DNA from: a virus
DNA: 64,000 nucleotides
IMG/VR virus record: IMGVR_UViG_3300021961_005592
Location: 1 to 64,000 of that record
Strand: one strand, 5' to 3'
The notes beneath the pieces were generated by a model. The model did not search any database. It had not been told where the DNA came from and saw only the letters and a program-made list of their open reading frames with translations. Shown in pieces: positions 48,373 through 58,023 of the stretch; position 1 is the first letter of the stretch, and every line of letters starts with the position of its first letter. Position numbers and translations under genes: made by a program.

Positions 48373-49759
48373 TTTTCAAAACTTTTTAAAAAGTTTAAAT
48401 GTAAACATTGATGTTGATATTGAAACTTCTTATGTTGTTTTTGATAAAGAACTAGGAACTGTTGATAGAATATCTAATGTTAAGCCATTAGTTTTAGAAG
48501 ATACTCAAGACGTACTAGAAGTAAAGCATGACGAAGTTGCTAGTATTCTTGAAGGTAAAAGTAATACTAATGAGTTTTTAGTTGCATATGATGTTGTTTT
48601 AAAACAACTAGTACTGAAAAAACTCAGCATAGAAGATGAATTAGAATCAATTGAATCACAACTATATAGATTACCTGTATATAGAAGTAGTTCTAGGTCA
48701 GAAAGACGTACATTACTTTTTGAAAACATCTATGACGGTGTTAATGTTTATATTTGGTCTCCTTTACGTAGTTACAAGAAGGATGACATTATTTGGTATC
48801 AGGGCAATGTTTATATTGTGCAATCAGATATGGAGTCTGCAGACGAATTAGATTTAGAAAAAGTAACTTTGTACATATCTGATGTATTTCTATCTGATGT
48901 AGAAACAAATGTAGACATTCAGATTGTAAATAAAAATTTTAAACCTATCTACGAAGGAATACATGTAGATGTCTGGTATGATGAATTAGATCATTTATCC
49001 GGACAACACGTATGGATTAATAACAGTGTATATAGACTACTGTTAGACCAAGAGGCAGGAACACCGTTTAATATTGAGAATGCAAAACTAGTTGTGTCTA
49101 ATATACAGCTATACGACGATGAAAATAAGTACTTAAAATTTACTGAAAAACTCCAAAACGGAAACAAGGTTTTAAAATTTAATAAAATGTTTATGTATAG
49201 TAGTGAGGTTTCATTACTGGCAGAAAATTCTGCGATAGTGTTTTACCTTGATGATCAGACACCTTGCTATTTTGATGAACCTTCAAAAATGTTAGCAACC
49301 TTAGCTATTAGCTCTCACAATATAAATGAAGAACCACAAGCAACCTTTACTAGTGTAAAAACAAAAGTCGATGTGTACGATCCGTTAACACTTGAATCTG
49401 GTTCTAAGGTATTGATAGGAAAATCATTATCGTTGGTCAGATCAAAAGAAGTCTTTGACAGCGATATAAATCTTGTTCAGAATAATGCAAAAGGTTCATG
49501 GAACATTTATTTAGGTAAAAAAACAGCAAAAGCACTACAGAATACTAATTGGATAGGTATAGACACTATGTATTTTAGTGTAACATCTAAATTTGATCCA
49601 AACGTTCTTTATCGTACACTTGAATTTTCATTAAATGATTTAGTTGCTGGTGCAGAGTATGTGTTTCCGTTCAAGTATGCATGGGAACATTCTAAAGAAG
49701 ATATTAGCGTTTATGCAACAAAATATTTTGAAACTTATGCACATGAGATTGTAGAATGA
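48365..49759 (+). CDS. Hypothetical protein with duplicated aromatic beta module
   Basis: 464 aa; overlaps both neighbours; two internal copies of IY(D/E)G..V..W...W....VY. Confidence 0.65.
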   Translation: MSNFQNFLKSLNVNIDVDIETSYVVFDKELGTVDRISNVKPLVLEDTQDVLEVKHDEVASILEGKSNTNEFLVAYDVVLKQLVLKKLSIEDELESIESQLYRLPVYRSSSRSERRTLLFENIYDGVNVYIWSPLRSYKKDDIIWYQGNVYIVQSDMESADELDLEKVTLYISDVFLSDVETNVDIQIVNKNFKPIYEGIHVDVWYDELDHLSGQHVWINNSVYRLLLDQEAGTPFNIENAKLVVSNIQLYDDENKYLKFTEKLQNGNKVLKFNKMFMYSSEVSLLAENSAIVFYLDDQTPCYFDEPSKMLATLAISSHNINEEPQATFTSVKTKVDVYDPLTLESGSKVLIGKSLSLVRSKEVFDSDINLVQNNAKGSWNIYLGKKTAKALQNTNWIGIDTMYFSVTSKFDPNVLYRTLEFSLNDLVAGAEYVFPFKYAWEHSKEDISVYATKYFETYAHEIVE

Positions 49760-50682
49760 CAAAATTTAAAGTTATTGATTATGATATCATCTATCTCAGC
49801 TATGATGAACCAAACGCTGAAAAAAACTACGCAGACTTGTGTAAAAAAATTCCATGGGCTAAACGTGTACATGGTGTTAAAGGTAGCGACGAAGCGCACA
49901 AGGCTTGTGCTAGATTAAGTGAAACAGATCGTTTTATTACTGTAGACGGAGATAATGTCGTCCGCGCCGAATTTTTAAATCAAGAAATTGATTTCAACGA
50001 ACATGCAGGCCTCGATAACGCTGTTATTAGTTGGTGTGGAAGAAATGCAATAAACGGTTTGATGTATGGCAATGGCGGCTTAAAATGTTGGCCAAAATCT
50101 TATGTGCTTAATATGAGAACACATGAGGCAGCTGATCCTAAAAATAAACAAGCTCAGGTAGATTTTTGCTGGGACGCACATTATATACAGATGAACAGTT
50201 GTTGGTCTGATGTTTACAATAATGCGACACCTGCACAAGCATGGAGAGCAGGGTTTAGAGAAGGTGTTAAATTGTCTTTAGATAGGGGAGTAAAACCTAG
50301 TAAAGAAAATTTTTTAAAAAATCATTGGCGCTGTTTACATTGGTTGTATATTTGGACTATGGTTGGCTCTGATGTAGAAAATGGTATATGGGCTATCCTT
50401 GGCGCAAGAGAAGGAATTTATAAAACAATGTTAACTGATTGGGACTATGTTAATGTACGAGATTTTTCTTACCTTGACGGAATGTGGGCTGAAGAATTTA
50501 AAAACATGAACGACACTACAGTTCGAGAAAGAACATCAGAACTAGGAAAAATTTTAGTTAAAGATTTAGAATTACCTATAGGCGAAATGCTAACCCCTGA
50601 GCAGAGTATTTTTTTTAAGACAGTATATGAACAACCTGCAAGAACTGATCATCAGCGATTTATTGAAAAGTTAGGACAATAA
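49756..50682 (+). CDS. GT-A fold glycosyltransferase-like protein
   Basis: YLSYDEPNA, RVHGVKG..AH, TVDGD (DxD), NGLMYGNGG, AWRAGFREGVK. Confidence 0.65.
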   Translation: MTKFKVIDYDIIYLSYDEPNAEKNYADLCKKIPWAKRVHGVKGSDEAHKACARLSETDRFITVDGDNVVRAEFLNQEIDFNEHAGLDNAVISWCGRNAINGLMYGNGGLKCWPKSYVLNMRTHEAADPKNKQAQVDFCWDAHYIQMNSCWSDVYNNATPAQAWRAGFREGVKLSLDRGVKPSKENFLKNHWRCLHWLYIWTMVGSDVENGIWAILGAREGIYKTMLTDWDYVNVRDFSYLDGMWAEEFKNMNDTTVRERTSELGKILVKDLELPIGEMLTPEQSIFFKTVYEQPARTDHQRFIEKLGQ

Positions 50683-51894
50683 ATGCAAATTCCTTTATAT
50701 ACAAGATTAGACGGCGACCCAAAGTATAAATTCTGTTGTGGGTTCCCTCTTGAAAACTTAACTGATCAATATTTTGTAAAAACAGATGACCCTACAGGGT
50801 ACTTTGGTTTATATGGCGATCCTTTCAAAGTTGTTTTTAAAGAGTACTCTAATGATAAAAAATACTATTTTCCTATAATTGTAAGTTTTGAACATTCTTT
50901 AGAAATTATAAAAAATATACAAATACCTAAGAATGTTGAACAAGACATTTTAAATAATAATTGCAAAATTTTTGTTACTAACCCATTTGAAGGATGGAGT
51001 TGGGATTTCTGGATAGAAGTAGCGGATGTTATTATTGCAAATAATACTTGGCTTACTTTAGATAAGTTTGTATTTTCTTGCGCAAACGTGCATCCTATAG
51101 ATGAAATACAGACAGTCTATTATAGTTTTTGGGAGAGACAGCCTAGATATGAAAATTTATCTTTCTTCCAAGAAAAGGCACATGTAGAAAAGATTGGTCC
51201 GCGTGTTTCGAGGCCTCACAAGTTTATCTGTTTAAATAGGCGCCCACATGCAGGAAGACTGGCATTAGTATCAGAACTATTTGATTATAAAGATCAAGGA
51301 CTATTGAGTCTTGGACGAAGTGGTCAAATGTATAAAGGATATTATGAAGAACAAGAAGAATTGTTTATGAAAGGGTATCCTACATCATTTGACAAGTATA
51401 TTGAAAAAGATATAAGATCTCATATACCTTTACGTATTAATGATGGAAGAAATCCTGAGTTTGAAAATCCTGTTCATGACTGGGCTACCGAAAAGTTTTT
51501 TGACAGTTATTTACACATATGTCCTGAAACCTATCAATATACTTGTAAAAACAGAACATTTTTCAGTGAGAAAATTTTTAAACCTATCATGTTCTTACAG
51601 CCTTTTGTAATTGTAGGAGAACCGTATGCATTACGTGCATTAAAAAATATGGGATACAAAACTTTTAGTAATTGGATTGACGAAAGTTATGACGGCATTG
51701 AAAACAATGATATGAGATTACGTGCAGCGGTAAGAGCATCTATAGAATTTTTTACAAAGCCTGAAGAAGAATTAAAAGATATTATTTCTGATATGTCTCA
51801 TGTGTTGAGTCATAATTCATCTATGCTTGTTTATAGATCTCTTATGATTGATTTTGAATTAAAAGAATCACTATGGAGATTCTTAAATGACTAG
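50683..51894 (+). CDS. Putative GT-B glycosyltransferase-like protein (paralogue A)
   Basis: FICLNRRPH.GR, YLHICPET, FSEKIFKP..LQPF, GYKTF..IDESYD; the SEK motif resembles GT10/GT47-like enzymes. Confidence 0.55.
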   Translation: MQIPLYTRLDGDPKYKFCCGFPLENLTDQYFVKTDDPTGYFGLYGDPFKVVFKEYSNDKKYYFPIIVSFEHSLEIIKNIQIPKNVEQDILNNNCKIFVTNPFEGWSWDFWIEVADVIIANNTWLTLDKFVFSCANVHPIDEIQTVYYSFWERQPRYENLSFFQEKAHVEKIGPRVSRPHKFICLNRRPHAGRLALVSELFDYKDQGLLSLGRSGQMYKGYYEEQEELFMKGYPTSFDKYIEKDIRSHIPLRINDGRNPEFENPVHDWATEKFFDSYLHICPETYQYTCKNRTFFSEKIFKPIMFLQPFVIVGEPYALRALKNMGYKTFSNWIDESYDGIENNDMRLRAAVRASIEFFTKPEEELKDIISDMSHVLSHNSSMLVYRSLMIDFELKESLWRFLND

Positions 51895-52528
51895 ACTGGT
51901 TACCTTTGGATGTTCATATCCCTATGGTCACGGGTTAAAAGACTGTTACAATTCTAAAGATAAAGGATACGGGCCTACACCAAGCAATTTTGCATTTCCA
52001 GGATTAATTGCGCAACACTGTAATTTTCAAGATGTTAATTTGAGCAGACCTGGAATTAGCAACAAGGGAATAGTGCATAAAATAATGCAATTTGATTTTG
52101 TTAAAGGTGATATATGTTTATTAGCATGGACTCATGTTGATAGGACTTCTCAGATAACTAAAGACGACGATATTGTTTTTATAGGTCCGTGGCAAACTGA
52201 CTCACTTTCAAAAAGTTATTATAAGTATTTTTATGAACATTATGATAATTTGTGGAATACAAAATTGTACATAAACTATGCAAATTTATATTTAAAAAAC
52301 AAAGGCGTCCAGGTTATTAATATACAAGGATACAATGCATCTGAACATATAGAATGGAAAGAATTAGTTGATAAAGATATGATTATGACTTATGAAAATG
52401 TACATTCAGAACCTCTTGATCGTGCATTAGACAATGCACATCCGGGAGAAAAAACTCATAAAAGATTTGCAGAATACATGTTAGTTAGATACGGTTATAT
52501 TTTAAGGAAAAATAAAGTTGAAAATTGA
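51887..52528 (+). CDS. SGNH/GDSL hydrolase-like protein (acyl-esterase/transferase)
   Basis: TFGCSYPYG block I, NLSRPGISN block II, DNAHPG..H block V. Confidence 0.7.
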   Translation: MTRLVTFGCSYPYGHGLKDCYNSKDKGYGPTPSNFAFPGLIAQHCNFQDVNLSRPGISNKGIVHKIMQFDFVKGDICLLAWTHVDRTSQITKDDDIVFIGPWQTDSLSKSYYKYFYEHYDNLWNTKLYINYANLYLKNKGVQVINIQGYNASEHIEWKELVDKDMIMTYENVHSEPLDRALDNAHPGEKTHKRFAEYMLVRYGYILRKNKVEN

Positions 52529-53753
52529 TTTGTATTTTGAAAACGATGGAAATAGTTACACTGTTGAAAATAGAAAGCCGTTTCTAAACGGAATACCAAA
52601 AAATCTAGTATCTAAAGTTATTATTACACCCAAAGGTAGCCCAGCCGAATGTTATTTTGGAATGTTTGACGGTAGTTTTAGAAAAATTTTTTCAGTTAAT
52701 ACAAGTATTCCTGAAAATAAAAAATTTTTTTATCCTATAATTTTTAGTTTATCTGCATTAGGGGATTATGCTAAACAAATAACAATACAACCAGAAATAG
52801 TAAAATTAATTAACGAAAATTGGTGTAAAATTTTATTAGTATGTCCTTATGAAGGATGGCCGTGGAGACTTTATGATAAAGTAATAGATGGTATAATAAA
52901 AAAATATAAGATAAAACATTCGCATATTGTCTTAATGACAGCTAAGTTGAATGATCACCCTAAATGCAAAGTAGTCTATTATAACAATTGGGAAGTAGCA
53001 GCATCTAATAGACGCTTCGCCGAAGATCGATTACTAGGTAGAACAGCAGTTTTGTCTAGTAGTATTAGACCTTATAAGTTTATATGTTTAAATCGTCGAG
53101 CAACTGTACACAGATATGGCACAGTGTCACAATTATGGCCTTATAGAGATCAAGGACTACTTAGTTTTTGGCAGCACGGCTTCCACCAAAACGATACTCA
53201 GTATATTCGAGAACAAAAAAATCAATTCTATCATAATATGCCAATTTTAGCACAGTCTTGGATAACGCAGAGGATAGACAATCATATGCCTTTAGCATTG
53301 CCTGCTGACCTTGATCCGTACGATAGCACAGACAATGAAAACAATCCAACATCTGATCCGCATTCTAAAAAGTTTTACAACAGTTATTTGCATATAGTAA
53401 CTGAAACAACAATGTCTGACGAGGGATTTTTTAGCGAAAAGATATTTAAGCCTGCTATTTATTTCCAGCCATTTGTATTAATAGGACAAAAACACGGTCT
53501 TGAAAATCTAAGAAAAATTGGATATAAAACGTTTTCTAATGTAATAGATGAAAGTTATGATCTAGAACCGGACAATCAAACTCGACTTATAAAGGCTACG
53601 AATGCGGCAATTGAGTTTACTAAAATTGTCAATAACGATTTGATGCGTAAACTTTTGCCAATACTCGAGCATAATGCAGTCAACTTTATGAATAGAGCAA
53701 AAACAATTATTAGCACACTGCAAAATGATTTAGCATCATCTTTGGAAAACTAG
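52518..53753 (+). CDS. Putative GT-B glycosyltransferase-like protein (paralogue B)
   Basis: FICLNRR..HR, YLHIVTET, FSEKIFKP..FQPF, GYKTF..IDESYD; TTG start. Confidence 0.55.
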   Translation: MKIDLYFENDGNSYTVENRKPFLNGIPKNLVSKVIITPKGSPAECYFGMFDGSFRKIFSVNTSIPENKKFFYPIIFSLSALGDYAKQITIQPEIVKLINENWCKILLVCPYEGWPWRLYDKVIDGIIKKYKIKHSHIVLMTAKLNDHPKCKVVYYNNWEVAASNRRFAEDRLLGRTAVLSSSIRPYKFICLNRRATVHRYGTVSQLWPYRDQGLLSFWQHGFHQNDTQYIREQKNQFYHNMPILAQSWITQRIDNHMPLALPADLDPYDSTDNENNPTSDPHSKKFYNSYLHIVTETTMSDEGFFSEKIFKPAIYFQPFVLIGQKHGLENLRKIGYKTFSNVIDESYDLEPDNQTRLIKATNAAIEFTKIVNNDLMRKLLPILEHNAVNFMNRAKTIISTLQNDLASSLEN

Positions 53754-53803
53754 CTTAAAAGTTTGTATAATTAATTAAAACACAGTTTATTTAAGGAGAA
53801 GAT

Positions 53804-55033
53804 ATGAAAGTAGCAATGATTGGTTGCGGAAAACTCGGGCTACCTTGTGCTGAGGTAATGAGCCAACATTATGATGTAGTAGGGTACGATGTAGTAAAAG
53901 ACCCTGACGCACAAATTCTGCTGTTAGATTCTATTGAAGAGACTGTAAAAGATAGAGACTTAATTTTTGTAGCAGTTCCAACTCCACACGATCCTAAGTA
54001 TGGCGGAAGCAAGCCTATAGCTGAAATGCCCCCAAAAGATTTTGACTATTCAATTGTGCAAAAAGTTTTAAAAGAAATTAATCCGCACGTTAACAAAAAT
54101 CAATTAGTTGTGCTAATCAGCACAGTACTACCTGGTACAGTTCGCGCACACTTAGAACCATTAATTACTAATGCACGTTTTATCTACAATCCCTATCTAA
54201 TTGCAATGGGATCTGTTAAGTGGGACATGGTAAATCCAGAGTGCTTAATTATTGGTACAGAAGATGGCACTGAAACAGGTGATGCGCAATTACTAGTTGA
54301 CTTCTACAAGCCAATTATGGAAAACGATCCTACAGTTAATATTGGTACTTGGGACGAAGCTGAGTCTATTAAAATTTTCTATAATACATTTATTAGCGCA
54401 AAAATTGGTCTTGTAAATATGATACAAGATGTTGCCGAAGCTAATGGAAACATTAATGTTGATGTAGTTACCGATGCACTTAAAAAAGCAACACAACGTA
54501 TTACAGGGCCACGCTATTTAACAGCAGGCCTAGGTGACGCTGGAGCATGTCATCCTAGAGACAATATTGCTCTACGTTATCTTGCCGAAAGACTTGATTT
54601 AGGTTACGATTTATTTCATGCAATTATGCACAGCAGAGACATACAAGCAAACCGTATGGCAAATAAATTAGTTAAAATTGCTAAAGAACGTAGCCTACCA
54701 GTAGTTATACACGGTCGTGCATACAAGCCTTACGTTCCTTATACTATAGGAAGTTATAGTGAACTAGTAGGGCATTTTGTAGAAGAAGCAGGAGTGCAGC
54801 TAACGTATTCAGATCCTTTAACCGGAGACACAGATCCAATAACAGAACCTAGCGTAATACTATTAGCACACAATGCTAGAGTCACTTATGAAGGCACCGG
54901 AGTTGTTGTAAATAATGATAGTTTCTATTTTATAATACCAAACGGAAGTGTTCTTGTAGATCCTTGGAGAACCACACCTCAAATGGAAGGCATTGAAGTA
55001 ATACACTATGGAAATACAAGACAAACAAAATAA
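53804..55033 (+). CDS. ugd: UDP-glucose/GDP-mannose 6-dehydrogenase family
   Basis: GCGKLG Rossmann motif, FVAVPTP, STVLPGT, YNP, AESIKIFYNTF, catalytic Cys in GDAGACHPRD, AYKP; AAGGAG RBS. Confidence 0.9.
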   Translation: MKVAMIGCGKLGLPCAEVMSQHYDVVGYDVVKDPDAQILLLDSIEETVKDRDLIFVAVPTPHDPKYGGSKPIAEMPPKDFDYSIVQKVLKEINPHVNKNQLVVLISTVLPGTVRAHLEPLITNARFIYNPYLIAMGSVKWDMVNPECLIIGTEDGTETGDAQLLVDFYKPIMENDPTVNIGTWDEAESIKIFYNTFISAKIGLVNMIQDVAEANGNINVDVVTDALKKATQRITGPRYLTAGLGDAGACHPRDNIALRYLAERLDLGYDLFHAIMHSRDIQANRMANKLVKIAKERSLPVVIHGRAYKPYVPYTIGSYSELVGHFVEEAGVQLTYSDPLTGDTDPITEPSVILLAHNARVTYEGTGVVVNNDSFYFIIPNGSVLVDPWRTTPQMEGIEVIHYGNTRQTK

Positions 55034-56108
55034 ATTTTGTAAAGCAATGAGTAATTCCTTAAGTTTTAGAATTCCTGGCGACTCTAATACATTAACATTT
55101 AATCCTTGTTGTCTTTACGACGATTACATACCGTTTCACCCAACCCTCTTTAAAAAAACTAGAGACATGTTTATTGCTTCTGATAAAGATTTTTTGCCTG
55201 GTTGCAGCAAGTGTAAACTAAAAGAAAAAACACATAATACAAGTCATAGGCTTTTAATGAACAGAGATATACCAGACGGCATTGGCACTGATATACACAA
55301 ATTAGAACTTGTACTTGATACAACATGTAATGCTGCTTGCATACAATGCGGAACCTTTCAAAGTAGTTTATGGAGGAACGAAGTTGCCTTGCGCGACAAA
55401 AATTACAAACATATCCAACCAGAATTACAAATAGACGCTAAAGTTAAAATGATTAAAAATAGTATAGACTTTAGCAAAGTTAAAGAGTTTCATTTTTGGG
55501 GCGGAGAGCCTTTACTTACTGACACACATTTAAAATTTTTAAATGAAATTGAAGATCCATCAGATGTTGTTGTTAGATACACAACTAATGGAAGTATATT
55601 CCCATCTGATGATGTTTTAAAATTATGGGAAAAATTTAAAGAAGTAAAAATTGGCATAAGTACAGACGGTATTGGAGATAGGTTTCATTACATAAGATGG
55701 CCATTAAGTTGGGACAAAGTTTCAAAAAACATAATAAAATTCAAAAATGAAACTCCCTTAAATATAGAATTTTTTGTTAATTGTTGTACAATTCCATTAA
55801 ATGTTTATTATACTAATGAACTTTCAGAATGGTTAGATATTAACTTTAGCAGACATTTAAACGGAACAAAAATTAATTGTAATTATATTAGAGGTGAAGG
55901 TATACTAGATCTTGCATGTACTCCAGAACCGTTGAGAGAAGTAGTAATAAAAAAATTAGGTGATGATCATGTAATTAGTAAGTTACTAACTGAATTACCA
56001 GTATTAGATTCTAAACATATGTTAAATCATATTAGGCAATGGGATCCAGTAAGAAAATTAGATTGGAAGAAAACGTTTCCAGAGATAGTGGAATATTTTA
56101 ATGTTTAA
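55008..56108 (+). CDS. Radical SAM enzyme with N-terminal Cys-rich (twitch/SPASM-like) segment
   Basis: CNAACIQC (CxxxCxxC), GGEPLL, TTNGS, STDG; N-terminal C...PCC...CSKC. Confidence 0.85.
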   Translation: MEIQDKQNKFCKAMSNSLSFRIPGDSNTLTFNPCCLYDDYIPFHPTLFKKTRDMFIASDKDFLPGCSKCKLKEKTHNTSHRLLMNRDIPDGIGTDIHKLELVLDTTCNAACIQCGTFQSSLWRNEVALRDKNYKHIQPELQIDAKVKMIKNSIDFSKVKEFHFWGGEPLLTDTHLKFLNEIEDPSDVVVRYTTNGSIFPSDDVLKLWEKFKEVKIGISTDGIGDRFHYIRWPLSWDKVSKNIIKFKNETPLNIEFFVNCCTIPLNVYYTNELSEWLDINFSRHLNGTKINCNYIRGEGILDLACTPEPLREVVIKKLGDDHVISKLLTELPVLDSKHMLNHIRQWDPVRKLDWKKTFPEIVEYFNV

Positions 56109-57225
56109 CCCTGATAGACTAGGTTATTATAGAGTTGGCTGGAAAAAATTTTACAACAAAACACTAGCACTACTAGAAAGTAAACAAACAGGATATGATG
56201 TTGATTGGATATTCAACAACGATGTCTACGGAAAAATTAACTGGACTGTTCCTGTTAATGAAACTCTAGAACAATTATATTTGCGTAGAGCATTACAACT
56301 ACGCAATGACTACGATTACCTTGTTTTATATTTTAGTGGTGGTGCTGATAGTACAAATATCTTAAAGGTATTTGTTGACAACAATATCTTTTTAGACGAA
56401 ATTGTCATGCAATACCCTGAACCAACAGTTAAAACATTCAATGAACAAGACAGGTCAAATAAAAATATTTACAGCGAAATTAAATACCAAGCAATCCCAA
56501 CCATAAACAATTTAAAAATAAATCCTAAAACACATATACGGTATCAAGATTTTGCAAAACCATTGCTTGAACTATTAGATAAAGACGATTGGTTTGATCA
56601 AATACCTATGGGTACTAACATAAGCCCGTCGGGTATTGGTAGGCAAATATCTCAGGTAGTTGAACCTCACATATTAGAACTATGTAGTAAAGGTAAAAAT
56701 ATTGCACAAATACTCGGAGTTGACAAACCGTTAGTGTATTCTGATGGTGTCAATTATTTTGCTTATTTTTCAGATGTAAGTGCCATGCATTCGCCCCCGG
56801 TAGATTTTACACAAAGCGAAGTTTTTAACAATCTGTATCATACTGAATTTTTTTACTGGACACCAGACCTTCCTGAGATTGTAGTCAAGCAAGCACAACT
56901 TATTAAAGCCTATTGTGAAACAAGTGAAGATGCCAAGTTAAAAATTATGTCGTCGATGAAAAAACACATTGGAACATTTAGGCCTTTGCTACATTCAATA
57001 ATATATTCACCAAGCCTTGTAATAGCATGGGATCCTGAGAAACCAAATTCAAAAGTAGTAAGACCAATGGACCAATGGTTTTGGGAGACGGGAACCACAA
57101 ATCAGGTAGGAAACTATCGTGCAGTGATAAAATACTTACGAGAAAATACAAATACCAAGCACATGATTGACAATGATATTGAAAACGGACTTTCTGCACA
57201 TACAACAGGATTTTACAAATTATAA
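56101..57225 (+). CDS. PP-loop (adenine nucleotide alpha-hydrolase) ATP pyrophosphatase
   Basis: LVLYFSGGADS PP-loop; GVDKP; EFFYW.P. Confidence 0.7.
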   Translation: MFNPDRLGYYRVGWKKFYNKTLALLESKQTGYDVDWIFNNDVYGKINWTVPVNETLEQLYLRRALQLRNDYDYLVLYFSGGADSTNILKVFVDNNIFLDEIVMQYPEPTVKTFNEQDRSNKNIYSEIKYQAIPTINNLKINPKTHIRYQDFAKPLLELLDKDDWFDQIPMGTNISPSGIGRQISQVVEPHILELCSKGKNIAQILGVDKPLVYSDGVNYFAYFSDVSAMHSPPVDFTQSEVFNNLYHTEFFYWTPDLPEIVVKQAQLIKAYCETSEDAKLKIMSSMKKHIGTFRPLLHSIIYSPSLVIAWDPEKPNSKVVRPMDQWFWETGTTNQVGNYRAVIKYLRENTNTKHMIDNDIENGLSAHTTGFYKL

Positions 57226-57238
57226 GAGGAACCATAAT

Positions 57239-57676
57239 ATGGGAAAAATGAACGAAGTACAAAAAAGAAGTATAGCAAAAGCACTTACAGCAAGAGTAAT
57301 GTTTACATGTAGTCATTTAGTAAATGGGTTCATTGTTACTGGTTCTTGGGTTATTGGTGCGCAGATTGTAGGTATTGCAGCAGTTGTGAATCTACTGTTG
57401 TTTTGGTTGCACGAAAGAGTATGGAATTGGGTGCAATGGAACCGTAAACCAGCAGATAACCTATTCTTTTCAGACGGACATCCAAGAACTGTTAGCAAGT
57501 CAGCAACATGGAGAGCAGTAATCACAATAAACAATTTTGTTATTCCGTACATTACAACAGGATCATGGAAGGCAGCAGCAGCCTTTTTAACTATTGCAAC
57601 GGTAATGAATATTGTACTGTATTACACACATGAAAGAGTGTGGAATAGATTTGCATGGGGGAAAGAAGCAGTATAG
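57239..57676 (+). CDS. Small membrane protein with tandem DUF2061-like domains
   Basis: Two copies of R(S/T)..K..(T)..R...L(F/Y).(L/T)HERVWN...W. ATG 57239 follows a GAGGA RBS and is a better start than 57167. Confidence 0.7.
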   Translation: MGKMNEVQKRSIAKALTARVMFTCSHLVNGFIVTGSWVIGAQIVGIAAVVNLLLFWLHERVWNWVQWNRKPADNLFFSDGHPRTVSKSATWRAVITINNFVIPYITTGSWKAAAAFLTIATVMNIVLYYTHERVWNRFAWGKEAV

Positions 57677-57677
57677 A

Positions 57678-58022
57678 ATGAAAGCGTATTGTAAATCTAA
57701 AATTCATAGGGCTACTGTTACTGACGGTAGCCTAAACTACTCTGGTAGTATTACTATTGGCAAAAATATGCTAGATGCTGCTGGTATTGACCTTTATGAA
57801 TTTGTGCATGTTAACAACATTAATAATGCTGCTCACTGGGAAACATATGTTATTGAAGGAAAAGACAATGAAATTATTCTTAACGGAGCACCAGCAAGAT
57901 TATTTCAACCGGGCGATTTAGTAACAATAATGTCCTTAGAGTACAGTGATAAGTTTAAGGAACACACAGTAGTTCTTGTCGATAACAAAAACAACGTAAC
58001 AGAAATTAAAAAAATTAGTTAG
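57678..58022 (+). CDS. panD: L-aspartate alpha-decarboxylase (pyruvoyl enzyme)
   Basis: KSKIHRATVT, YSG/SITI autocleavage site, ETYVI, LNGAPAR, GDLVTI; ATG at 57678. Confidence 0.9.
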   Translation: MKAYCKSKIHRATVTDGSLNYSGSITIGKNMLDAAGIDLYEFVHVNNINNAAHWETYVIEGKDNEIILNGAPARLFQPGDLVTIMSLEYSDKFKEHTVVLVDNKNNVTEIKKIS

Positions 58023-58023
58023 A

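Noticed and set aside
57167-57677. Upstream starts at 57167 (DUF2061-like) and 57612 (panD) in the ORF track
   Set aside because: Both overlap upstream genes extensively; RBS position and family N-termini favour 57239 and 57678.
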